From a virus: 64,000 nt of DNA. The notes under the pieces are model-generated. The model was not told the origin of the DNA. It searched no databases and saw only the letters and a program-made list of their open reading frames with translations. Made by a program: the position numbers and the translations under genes. Shown one piece after another: positions 8,554-17,323 of the stretch. Position 1 is the first letter of the stretch. Every line of letters begins with the position of its first letter. The stretch is from positions 14,566 through 78,565 of the IMG/VR virus record IMGVR_UViG_3300009502_000034. One strand, given 5' to 3'.

Positions 8554-9180
8554 GTGGAAGACAAAATTAAGGAACAGGTAGCCAAGGGTGCCAAGATAGA
8601 AGGCGAACATGCCAATACCATAATGTCTTTGATTAAGGAAGTCAATCCAGATTTTCCTAAAGACAAGACGGATGAGTTGGTTAAGAGGATAAAAGAGGAG
8701 TTAGCTAAGGATCACGTGGTTAAGGAAAATATGCCTAACTACTATGATGAACTAGAGCAGTTAGAAAAAAAGCTGAAGGGCGGAGAGGCCAATAGTGCAG
8801 CAATGTCGGAGCCAGGCAATATGACTGTTCGTGATGATACGCAGAATGATTCTCACAGCACGCCATTTGATACAAAGAAGCCGGACACAATAAGCACTAA
8901 GCCTGTTGCTACAGGTGACGACCCAGAACCTTATAACGCAAAAAATGTACCGCCTCAGTATGGTTCAAATGACACTCAGACATTTGCCCATAATTCTGCT
9001 CTAAAGATCAATGCTAGTGCATATTTACCGACAGATAGTGATATGAGAAAGGTAGTAATACTCAATGATAACGGTAGTGGCCGGTATACGGTTAGAGATT
9101 TAATTAACAACACAACATTTATTGTATCTTCCGATGAACTGCTTTCAGAGGAAGAATATAAAAATACAAATTTCTTTTAG
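8554..9180 (+). CDS. hypothetical protein, possible internal head protein
   Basis: AAGGAG RBS, GTG start; KGAKIEGEH...AKDHVVKENMPNYYDEL motif. Confidence 0.5.
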   Translation: MEDKIKEQVAKGAKIEGEHANTIMSLIKEVNPDFPKDKTDELVKRIKEELAKDHVVKENMPNYYDELEQLEKKLKGGEANSAAMSEPGNMTVRDDTQNDSHSTPFDTKKPDTISTKPVATGDDPEPYNAKNVPPQYGSNDTQTFAHNSALKINASAYLPTDSDMRKVVILNDNGSGRYTVRDLINNTTFIVSSDELLSEEEYKNTNFF

Positions 9181-9192
9181 GAGGAAATCACA

Positions 9193-9654
9193 ATGATACT
9201 AAAGAATGTAGTTTCAACAGGCAAGGATCTTCATGTTCAGGATATAATCGACTCAGCGGTGGTTCTGGTTTATAACACAGACACAGTCGTGCTCGAAACT
9301 CCTGGGGCAGTAAAGTCGTATCTCGTCGGCGATCTTGCAAGACTGATCACTGCTGGCACGGTCACAGTGACTCAGCCACCTTCAGCTGATGTTCCATCTA
9401 ACATAGCTGTCGGCACCGCAACTGTTTCAGCCACCACAGGCTCTATAGTGGTAACGGGCGTCCCTTCAGTTTGGGGAACCAACTACGTTGTTTTCACGTC
9501 CATAGTGTCTTCTCCAGTAACGGTTGCTAGAGTAATAGTAACCCCGGTAACTTCTTCATTCACAATTGCCGTGAAAGATGCCGCAGGTGCTGCAATAGAT
9601 ACTACAAGCGTCAATGCTGTAATATCTTACGGGATCTTTAAGTCCAATATATAA
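9193..9654 (+). CDS. putative virion structural protein (T/V/S-rich beta protein)
   Basis: composition and position; followed by a strong hairpin. Confidence 0.5.
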   Translation: MILKNVVSTGKDLHVQDIIDSAVVLVYNTDTVVLETPGAVKSYLVGDLARLITAGTVTVTQPPSADVPSNIAVGTATVSATTGSIVVTGVPSVWGTNYVVFTSIVSSPVTVARVIVTPVTSSFTIAVKDAAGAAIDTTSVNAVISYGIFKSNI

Positions 9655-9759
9655 TATAGTGTATAATCGGGGAGGGGCTGCGGCCTAATAAGCTGTAGCC
9701 CTCTCCAGAAAACTTCGTTTCAAGGGGCGAAGCTTTTCAAAACCTTATAGGGGGTTCAT

Positions 9760-11106
9760 ATGTCAGACAATAAATTCAGCCACAATCAGGTAGATGCCGG
9801 CGATGATTCTGCCGAGCTCTTCGCTGATCAAGAAATTCAGCGAATACTCATGAAGAGGGAGGCGTCCACAAACGGCATAGGCGATATTTCTAAGGCTCTT
9901 AGGAATAACACTTTTGTCGGCTCAAATTTAAAGAATGAAATAGTTGAGCTTGAAGAAAATATGCGCCAACTTCTGAGCGAAGGACGATATGGGTATAAAT
10001 TTATTGAAGGCACCCTCATGTCTTTAGGCTATCCCCTTGATGAAATACGTAACGTGTTTGAAAGATTGACCGGAGTATCTGTTGAAAAATGGATGAACGT
10101 TGATCAAATTTATGATGTTCCGGGTAGTATCCCGGGCATTAATTACGGTTGGGGCGCATCTAAAAACAGTGCGTATGATTTCTATTTTATCATGCCGTTT
10201 AAATGCGGATATTCGCTATTTGGCCAGAAGGGTGATTTGCAGAGAGACGAGGTGGATTATTCTGACACGCTAAGCAAGGCGATAGAAACACTGAAGTCGA
10301 AAGTTAAAGAAGCAGTCATATGGGATAAGCCAATCGACGCTAAAACTCTTGGTGAATTCCCTAAATCTAATTTTACACTACCAACAGTTTTTGCGCTTTC
10401 AGCCAACGAGAAGTTCAATTCTTTAGACAAATATTTATACAATAACATAGACAGACTAGATTTAGGGTCTATAGAAAAAATAATAGTCAGGGCTAAGTTA
10501 AATAATAATATTAGCGAAGACGAGTTTCAAATTCTTAAGAAAGATTATATAGATATTAAGGCAGATGAACTAGAAGAAGCAGAACCAAACAAGAGAGAAG
10601 AGAAAGAAGAAAAGGATGCCAATGCTGAGTTAAAAGACATAATGAACACCGAGGAAGAGAATGCTCTTAGTAAAAGCGTGGAAGAAGAGTTGGACGAGAC
10701 CACGCCTACCGAGTATTTTAAGAACAGTGTAGACGAAACTAAATACGAAACTCTCCCGGCCATAGTCGTAGATAAAATATATTCCTATATAGATTATAAG
10801 AACGAAAGTTTGGACACGTTTGAAATAATCATAAAAGGATTTAAATACACTTCCATAGATGTTATAGAAGATTTCCAAAATACAATTTCCATAGATGACC
10901 AGCAATCGTTCTTTGACGCTAATGCGCTTATAACAGTTATACTCGTTATCAAAAACATGGCGCTTCCACAGGATCAGCAAGAGAAGAATGCTCTTATGGT
11001 ATTCTCGGTCGTCAAAAGCGATATAGTGACCGCAGATTATTGCAAGGGGTCGGATAACAAGATGTACAGCTTAACAAATGAAGGATTATCTAAACTTTAT
11101 ATGTAG
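9760..11106 (+). CDS. acidic hypothetical protein of the head cluster
   Basis: 448 aa ORF upstream of the HNH and portal genes. Confidence 0.5.
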   Translation: MSDNKFSHNQVDAGDDSAELFADQEIQRILMKREASTNGIGDISKALRNNTFVGSNLKNEIVELEENMRQLLSEGRYGYKFIEGTLMSLGYPLDEIRNVFERLTGVSVEKWMNVDQIYDVPGSIPGINYGWGASKNSAYDFYFIMPFKCGYSLFGQKGDLQRDEVDYSDTLSKAIETLKSKVKEAVIWDKPIDAKTLGEFPKSNFTLPTVFALSANEKFNSLDKYLYNNIDRLDLGSIEKIIVRAKLNNNISEDEFQILKKDYIDIKADELEEAEPNKREEKEEKDANAELKDIMNTEEENALSKSVEEELDETTPTEYFKNSVDETKYETLPAIVVDKIYSYIDYKNESLDTFEIIIKGFKYTSIDVIEDFQNTISIDDQQSFFDANALITVILVIKNMALPQDQQEKNALMVFSVVKSDIVTADYCKGSDNKMYSLTNEGLSKLYM

Positions 11107-11115
11107 GGAGAGGAA

Positions 11116-11871
11116 ATGGATTTTGAAAAGAGATGTAAGATTTGTCATAGAACCATCCCACTTAGTAAGATCTACTGTTCTATGAGTTGTATGAAGATTG
11201 GTATAAGTCAAAAACTTAAGGGTATCAACAAGGTTAATCATTTTGTTTCCAAGTGTGAGGTATGTGGTAAAGAGTATAATAATGTTGAGGGAACTAAATT
11301 TAGAAAAACCTGTTCCACTAAGTGCAAACAAAAGTTAACAGGCATAACTAATAAGAAAAATGGATTAATGGTCTGGAATAAAGGGTTGACAAAGAAAGAT
11401 TCTAGAGTTAGAAAATACATAGATGCGATTAAGAAGAGATTTCCAAAAGGCACCCACTATAACATTGGAAGAGTTTATTCAGAAGAACGAAATAATAAAA
11501 TATCTAAGAGCCTAAAAGGCGTCCCACTAAGCAAAGAACATAGAAGAATTCTTAGTATTTCTAAGGGCGGGGACGGAACTCCAGTTAAGGGATATGGAGT
11601 TGAATTCAACTACGATTTAAAAGAAATGATTCGTGATAGAGATGAAAGAAGATGTCAAAAATGTGGTGTACCAGAGGTGGAATGTATGACCAAGTTACCG
11701 ATACATCACATAGACTATAACAAGAAAAATAACAGTGATGTGAATTTAATAGCATTATGTACAACCTGTCACCCTAAGACCAACTCTAATAGGAAGTATT
11801 GGGAAGAATATTTTACCCAATTAATGATATCTAAAATAAGTTTCACGAACCCGAACCCAAGGAGATTTTAA
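11116..11871 (+). CDS. HNH homing endonuclease (zinc ribbons + NUMOD3-like + HNH)
   Basis: CKIC/CSMSC and CEVC/CSTKC modules; WNKGLTK; RDERRCQKCG...IHHIDYNKKNN...LCTTCH. Confidence 0.85.
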   Translation: MDFEKRCKICHRTIPLSKIYCSMSCMKIGISQKLKGINKVNHFVSKCEVCGKEYNNVEGTKFRKTCSTKCKQKLTGITNKKNGLMVWNKGLTKKDSRVRKYIDAIKKRFPKGTHYNIGRVYSEERNNKISKSLKGVPLSKEHRRILSISKGGDGTPVKGYGVEFNYDLKEMIRDRDERRCQKCGVPEVECMTKLPIHHIDYNKKNNSDVNLIALCTTCHPKTNSNRKYWEEYFTQLMISKISFTNPNPRRF

Positions 11872-14800
11872 TGCCTAAAGAAGATCCCAAGATTGATAAG
11901 AGTCTCATTAAGAAGCTTAATGCCTCTAAACCAATAGGGATAAGGGCTGGATTTCACCGTCAATCTGCTGAAGACATAGCTGATAAGATTACAATGGCTA
12001 GAGATAAACAAACCGCAAAGGGGTTCTCTAGGCAGGCCAATGATATGAGCTTCCAGTCCACCGGTGGCGCTGATAGAGTGCCGCTGCTTTACATGGACCC
12101 ACTTTTCGACCCAGTAATAATGATGTTCCCCAAGGACAATGTTAGGGAACTCAATAGACGTTTGCGCCATTATTATCAGTATAATCCGTATATCAGAAAT
12201 ATTATAGATCTCCACAGTGAGCTCCCGCTTAGTGATTTTGATCTGAAGTGCGAAGACCCAGCCATAGAAAAATACTATAACGAATTTAAACAGCGCAAGC
12301 AGGTTCTTGAAACTTTTATCATGATGTCTAAGGACTATTGGCTTCTTGGCGAAGGCATGATGTATGGTAATTGGGATGAGTATAATAGGGAGTTTTCTTC
12401 ATTTAATCAGTATCCTCCGGAAGATGTCGAAATTAAAAACACATATCTTAATGAGTATATTTATTTAATGAAACCTAATGAAACCATCAAGAAGCAGATG
12501 CACTCCGCCGATCCCATAGACATGAAGTTAAATGATGTCCTTGAGGCCGAGATGCCAGATTTTTATAACAAGATGATGTCAGGTCAGCCATACATTTTTA
12601 ATAATTCCAGATTCATGCACTTAGCTAGAAGGCCGAATAAATATACACCAAGGGGCGTCAGTCCCGTGCTTTCGATAGTAAAAGATCTCATGTATGAAGA
12701 TAAGCTTAGAATGCTGTTGATGACGTTTGTTGACAGGCACGTATTCCCTATTAAAATATTTAAAATTGGTTCTGAGGCAAAGGGATGGGTTCCACCTCCG
12801 TCAAAGATGAAGGAATTTGAGAATCTATTACTACAAGCCTGTTTCCCAGAAGATATAACAGAGATATTGACCGATTCAGGATTTAAGAAACACTGGGAAA
12901 TCACTGACACCGATAAACTTGCGACAGTTAACCCAACAACTGGATTGATGATGTATGAAAAACCATCTAAGAAGTACGTGTATGACTGGTCAGATGATGG
13001 TGCTGTTCATGAAGATAATGGACTAGAACCAGAAGCTGTTGGGGCGACCATCGAGTCTTTAAGGAAACTAGGTAAAGCCATTGGACTTGATAGTTATGAA
13101 AAGATTCCCCAATATGTTTCTAGTCTTAAAAGACCATATATAAAAGCCTTTATTGACTCCTTCCTTTCAGAAAGAAAAGTATATTATAGATCAGATATTT
13201 CTGCCAAGGAACTAAGACTTAGAAATATTGACATGGTAGATAGTTTAAAACAATTATTCTTAACATTAGGATATAAGGCTAGGGTATTGCATAATGAATA
13301 TCAGGGCGTCATGGCATACAATCTACAGTGGGTGGATTACGGAACAGATTTAATACACTTTAAAACAGAATCAGTAGATTGTGTTGTGACCCCTAATCAT
13401 AGGATGCTGGTAAAAGATTATAGAAATGATGGTGAATGGAAAGCCAAAGAAGCCTATGAAGTAAAAACGGGTGACCAATTTAGAACGTATGTTGATGGGG
13501 TGGAAGATAATATTGAAGTACCAAAAACATATAGGCTTGGTAAATACGATATAGATATGAAGGATTTTGTTGAACTGATTGGATATGTTGTGACAGAAGG
13601 TGGAATAGACGCTAAGAATAGAAGAACAGTCATAACACAGTCATCCTCAGCTAACCAAGATATATGTGAAAAAATAAAATCCTGCCTAGACAGAAGTGGG
13701 ATATCATATAGAGTGCATTCAAGAGATTTTGAAAGTACGCTCAAGGGAAAGAAATATAAAAATAAATTAAATGATTATGTAATCAATGATGTGGATATTA
13801 CTAATCAATTGTCTTTATTGCTTGGTGTTAAGACAAAAGAAAAACATCTTCCAAATATTGTAAAGAATTTACCTAAAGAATATTTACAAATTCTTTTTGA
13901 TGCTATGATTGATGGTGATGGTACGATAATAAAATCTAATCTTGGAGATTACAATAGATTCTATTTCTACCCATCATCTGATGAGCTAGCGAAAGATTTC
14001 CAGGAAATATGCTTTAAACTAGGGTTTAACTCTAGTTGTAGAGAAAGATTTATGAAGAGTCCATCATCTGAAAAAATATTGAGAAGTTTAAGAATAAATA
14101 TTGTTAAGAGAGATGGAAAGAAAATTAAGAAAAATTTTGAGCCTGTGATTTATAAAAAATCACAAGTTACAAAAGAAAAATATTCTGGAAAAGTTTTTTG
14201 TTATGATGTTGGAGCGAACCACACGCTCATTGTTAGACAGAATGGAAAAATTCTAATCACGATGAACAGCAACGATCCTGATTTTAATATAGTGACTCAC
14301 CCATTCGTTAATGTGGATTACGTGGTTGGTAATGATAAGATCATGGATGTCACAGCCCATATGGATTGGGTTGCTAAACGTTACATGGTAGGGCTCTTTG
14401 TTAATGACACCGTTCTTCATGGTGAACTTGGCACGTATGCTGCTCAATCAGTGAGTTTAAAAGTACTCATGAATAAATATATGGCGTTTAGAGAATCCGT
14501 ATCAGGTTTATCAATAGATAAAATATTTAAACCGCTTGCTGTTGCTCGTGGTTTTAAAAAGAGAAAACAAGCAGATTTAGATCATAACGTAAGAACAACT
14601 GCTGATGAATATGATGTACCAAAAGTATTCTGGAGAAGGATGAACCTTCTTAACAGCAGAGACCTTATGGAGATGGTATCACGTCTTAGAGAAAACGGTG
14701 AAGTTCCGTTTAAATACGTCGCTGATATATTCGATTGGGATGTTGAGGGGATTAAGAACGGGTTTAAAGAAGAAGAGGGCACGTCTCTTGATAAGCTTTG

Positions 14801-15182
14801 GAGAGATATAAGGATTAAGAAGAGCGAAGATCCCAACATCGCAAGTCAGATTTTAGACGGCACTAAGACTGAAGATTTAAAAATACCCAAAGTAAAACTA
14901 GAGACTCAGGAAGAAAAAGATGGAGTGATGGCGGAAGAGCCAGCAGCTCTTTCTAATATGAAGACAGACTTGCTTGGCGGTCCTATGGGCGGTGGTGGTA
15001 CACCCCCTCCGCCACCGATACCCGGCGCAGAATCATTAGAGGCTCCAGGCCCATCAGCGGAAGCTGAAGCCGGAAAAAAGACAGGCGTTAATGGCCTAGA
15101 AGAAGCTGTTGGTGGACCGACAGAATCTAAGCTTCCTGGTGAACAAGGGTCTGCGGAAGCCGGCGGACCACCAGCACTATAA
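11871..15182 (+). CDS. portal protein (intein-containing)
   Basis: YYQYNPYIRNIIDLHSELP, YWLLGE, HLARR...RGVSP portal-like motifs; low-complexity P/G/E C-tail; position before protease and capsid. Confidence 0.8.
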   Translation: MPKEDPKIDKSLIKKLNASKPIGIRAGFHRQSAEDIADKITMARDKQTAKGFSRQANDMSFQSTGGADRVPLLYMDPLFDPVIMMFPKDNVRELNRRLRHYYQYNPYIRNIIDLHSELPLSDFDLKCEDPAIEKYYNEFKQRKQVLETFIMMSKDYWLLGEGMMYGNWDEYNREFSSFNQYPPEDVEIKNTYLNEYIYLMKPNETIKKQMHSADPIDMKLNDVLEAEMPDFYNKMMSGQPYIFNNSRFMHLARRPNKYTPRGVSPVLSIVKDLMYEDKLRMLLMTFVDRHVFPIKIFKIGSEAKGWVPPPSKMKEFENLLLQACFPEDITEILTDSGFKKHWEITDTDKLATVNPTTGLMMYEKPSKKYVYDWSDDGAVHEDNGLEPEAVGATIESLRKLGKAIGLDSYEKIPQYVSSLKRPYIKAFIDSFLSERKVYYRSDISAKELRLRNIDMVDSLKQLFLTLGYKARVLHNEYQGVMAYNLQWVDYGTDLIHFKTESVDCVVTPNHRMLVKDYRNDGEWKAKEAYEVKTGDQFRTYVDGVEDNIEVPKTYRLGKYDIDMKDFVELIGYVVTEGGIDAKNRRTVITQSSSANQDICEKIKSCLDRSGISYRVHSRDFESTLKGKKYKNKLNDYVINDVDITNQLSLLLGVKTKEKHLPNIVKNLPKEYLQILFDAMIDGDGTIIKSNLGDYNRFYFYPSSDELAKDFQEICFKLGFNSSCRERFMKSPSSEKILRSLRINIVKRDGKKIKKNFEPVIYKKSQVTKEKYSGKVFCYDVGANHTLIVRQNGKILITMNSNDPDFNIVTHPFVNVDYVVGNDKIMDVTAHMDWVAKRYMVGLFVNDTVLHGELGTYAAQSVSLKVLMNKYMAFRESVSGLSIDKIFKPLAVARGFKKRKQADLDHNVRTTADEYDVPKVFWRRMNLLNSRDLMEMVSRLRENGEVPFKYVADIFDWDVEGIKNGFKEEEGTSLDKLWRDIRIKKSEDPNIASQILDGTKTEDLKIPKVKLETQEEKDGVMAEEPAALSNMKTDLLGGPMGGGGTPPPPPIPGAESLEAPGPSAEAEAGKKTGVNGLEEAVGGPTESKLPGEQGSAEAGGPPAL
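12840..14267 (+). mobile_element. intein with LAGLIDADG endonuclease in portal (476 aa)
   Basis: block A CFPEDITEILT; block B VTPNHRML; LIGYVVTEGG and FDAMIDGDG; ends VFCYDV...TMN followed by Ser +1. Confidence 0.88.
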
Positions 15183-15191
15183 GGAGATAAT

Positions 15192-15530
15192 ATGGAATGG
15201 TTAAGAAAGGCTGCAGATTTGCACACAACAATTCACTCAGACACAACTGCCGGGCTATCTTTACTAATTGCACAATATCAACGGAAGGGATGGACGTTGA
15301 TTGACACTTATGAAATTGATAAGGGTCATTTTACACCAGAGGGATTTGTTGGTAAATATTCAGCCCTTTTAAAAAAGCCAGAAGATGTGATCCCAGAGAA
15401 TATGCAGGTCGTTGAATCCGAGACTAATGCTAACAAGGGTTCAGGTGCCGGAGCGGATACAGCCGGTGAACATGGTCTTTCTCCAACCGGTACTACCCCA
15501 TATATCATGCCTGGGACTGGTCAAAAATGA
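15192..15530 (+). CDS. small hypothetical protein with N-terminal MEWLRKAAD motif
   Basis: AAGGAG RBS; motif shared with several other genes in the window. Confidence 0.55.
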   Translation: MEWLRKAADLHTTIHSDTTAGLSLLIAQYQRKGWTLIDTYEIDKGHFTPEGFVGKYSALLKKPEDVIPENMQVVESETNANKGSGAGADTAGEHGLSPTGTTPYIMPGTGQK

Positions 15531-15775
15531 AAGAAAAAATGTCTATAGGTGATATGGAACGTGTGCATGATTCCGTTTCTGCCGCCTTTAATAGGATAGC
15601 AAACGAGTTAAGTGCTGTCCGTAAAGAGACGGAAGAAATGGATTACGATGCTTCTAGAAAGATACAAATTTGCGTAGGCGTTTTAAAAGCCACGCTATAT
15701 GAAATACAAGACTACATAGAGACTGAGAGGCGTAATGCAAACAGGAATGCCATGGTTAATAAGAAGAGCAGATAG
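15527..15775 (+). CDS. small helical hypothetical protein
   Basis: ATGA overlap with the upstream gene. Confidence 0.45.
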   Translation: MKEKMSIGDMERVHDSVSAAFNRIANELSAVRKETEEMDYDASRKIQICVGVLKATLYEIQDYIETERRNANRNAMVNKKSR

Positions 15776-16247
15776 CACAGTATCACCATCATCTGTGCAG
15801 GAGTTTCTTAGGTCCGAAGATTTTGCTCAAGCTTGGAAGGATGCGCCCGGTATGAATTACGAGGGCGTTAATATGAACAGGCACCCCACTCTTATCAATC
15901 TCAACAAGGTATTTCAAACAGACAATAAATTTAGAAAATGCGACACCTGTGGCAAGGTGTTGAGAGATAGTAAATCTAGATGTGAAAAGTGTGCGCTCAA
16001 TCATCCACAAAAGAATATGGTGAAAACGGACAAGGCAATAGTAAAAGATAAAAATAAAGATTCAAATAAAAAGATGATCGAGAATGCTCCAACAGCCGGT
16101 AAACAAAATTCTAATACATATTATAATTCTGGAGCAGATGATGAAATTAAGGGCAACTCGACGTATGACGCTTATAAGAACTATCTTATTACAGTAAAAC
16201 CAGACGGACAAGAGGGTGCGTATACCCACACTACGCACAGCGATTAA
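15747..16247 (+). CDS. hypothetical zinc-ribbon protein with N-terminal MPWLIRRAD motif
   Basis: in-frame ATG 15747 within ORF 15735..16247; CDTC...CEKC. Confidence 0.5.
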   Translation: MPWLIRRADSTVSPSSVQEFLRSEDFAQAWKDAPGMNYEGVNMNRHPTLINLNKVFQTDNKFRKCDTCGKVLRDSKSRCEKCALNHPQKNMVKTDKAIVKDKNKDSNKKMIENAPTAGKQNSNTYYNSGADDEIKGNSTYDAYKNYLITVKPDGQEGAYTHTTHSD

Positions 16248-16248
16248 T

Positions 16249-16461
16249 ATGTGGCTTCTTAAGGCAGAGTTAATAGATGATTTGACCATAGAGGATATAC
16301 GGAAACAGCTTGATTTTATAAAGGGTTTAGATGCATATCGTCAAAAAAACGGTCTTACATTAAGCGGGAATGCTTTAAAGGTGCGTAGAGAAAGGTTAAG
16401 ATTCATTAAAAAGTGGAAGGAGAAGCACCTTCAACAGCTTGAGCTGCCTCTAGATATCTAA
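16249..16461 (+). CDS. small protein, MWLLKAE start and C-terminal QLELPL
   Basis: ATG 16249 immediately after the upstream stop; in frame with ORF 16216..16461. Confidence 0.5.
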   Translation: MWLLKAELIDDLTIEDIRKQLDFIKGLDAYRQKNGLTLSGNALKVRRERLRFIKKWKEKHLQQLELPLDI

Positions 16462-16494
16462 AATAGGTTATAATAAGCCTTATATATTGAAGGG
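16460..16494 (+). promoter_or_regulatory. repeated intergenic motif, putative late promoter (copy 2)
   Basis: AAAATAGGTTATAATAAGCCTTATATATTGAAGGG upstream of the protease/capsid operon. Confidence 0.6.
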
Positions 16495-16521
16495 CAAGTG
16501 TAGTGGTATCAAGGAGATAAT

Positions 16522-16731
16522 ATGGCATTCTCACGTAGAGGAACCAGCGAACCAGTAATTGAAGTGATAGATGGCTACGATAAGAAAAACGAGCAGGCAA
16601 TACTGTGCCCGGAATGTAAAAAGCCGTTAAATTTAAAATCGTCTTCTGGCATAATTCGCCAGGGTTCGAAATTAATAATCGGCCAGATAATTATAAAGTG
16701 TTCAAGTTGTGGCAAGCAAGTCAGAGTATAA
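16522..16731 (+). CDS. small zinc-ribbon protein
   Basis: CPEC...CSSC; AAGGAG RBS. Confidence 0.6.
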   Translation: MAFSRRGTSEPVIEVIDGYDKKNEQAILCPECKKPLNLKSSSGIIRQGSKLIIGQIIIKCSSCGKQVRV

Positions 16732-16740
16732 GGAGACACG

Positions 16741-17322
16741 ATGGACTCATTTAAAAGAAATGCTTGGGAAGTATCCGACATTCAAAACACGAAAGCTGAA
16801 TTGCAGTCTATTTTGGATGAAATGCAAGGGGTCCCAGATTACACAGCATTTAAAGTAAAATGCGAGAATCTTGCCGCTAAAATTAAAGGTCTTTTAGAAA
16901 TCAACGACGAAGCTCACGTTTATTTGTTCCAAAATTCTAAGATTGTAGAAAAGATATCTTCTATGGGCGTATACTTCAAGAACGTTTCTAATAGTGCTCG
17001 GAAGAGTCAAGAAATACTTGCGCAGTACATTAAGTCTTTAGAGGTTATGTCCAACGCAAATAACTCAGCAGGTGTCGCAAAAGATGTGGCGGTACAAGAT
17101 GTAGCGGTGCAAGATGTGAGCGATATATCAGAAGCCCCGGCATCAGCCCCAATAGTGGTTCCGCCGCCGCCAGAAATTGCCACTCAAGGTCCTCTTTCCA
17201 AAGAATCTCGTCAAGCAGCCGCTCAATATTTAAATCTTACTGCGGCTGATAAAAAGAAACACAAAAGAGATTTAGCTATTAAAAAGGCTAAAGAAAAAGC
17301 TAAAGCAAAAAAGGGTAAATAA
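16741..17322 (+). CDS. hypothetical protein with basic C-terminal tail
   Basis: AAGGAG RBS; Lys-rich end. Confidence 0.5.
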   Translation: MDSFKRNAWEVSDIQNTKAELQSILDEMQGVPDYTAFKVKCENLAAKIKGLLEINDEAHVYLFQNSKIVEKISSMGVYFKNVSNSARKSQEILAQYIKSLEVMSNANNSAGVAKDVAVQDVAVQDVSDISEAPASAPIVVPPPPEIATQGPLSKESRQAAAQYLNLTAADKKKHKRDLAIKKAKEKAKAKKGK

Positions 17323-17323
17323 C

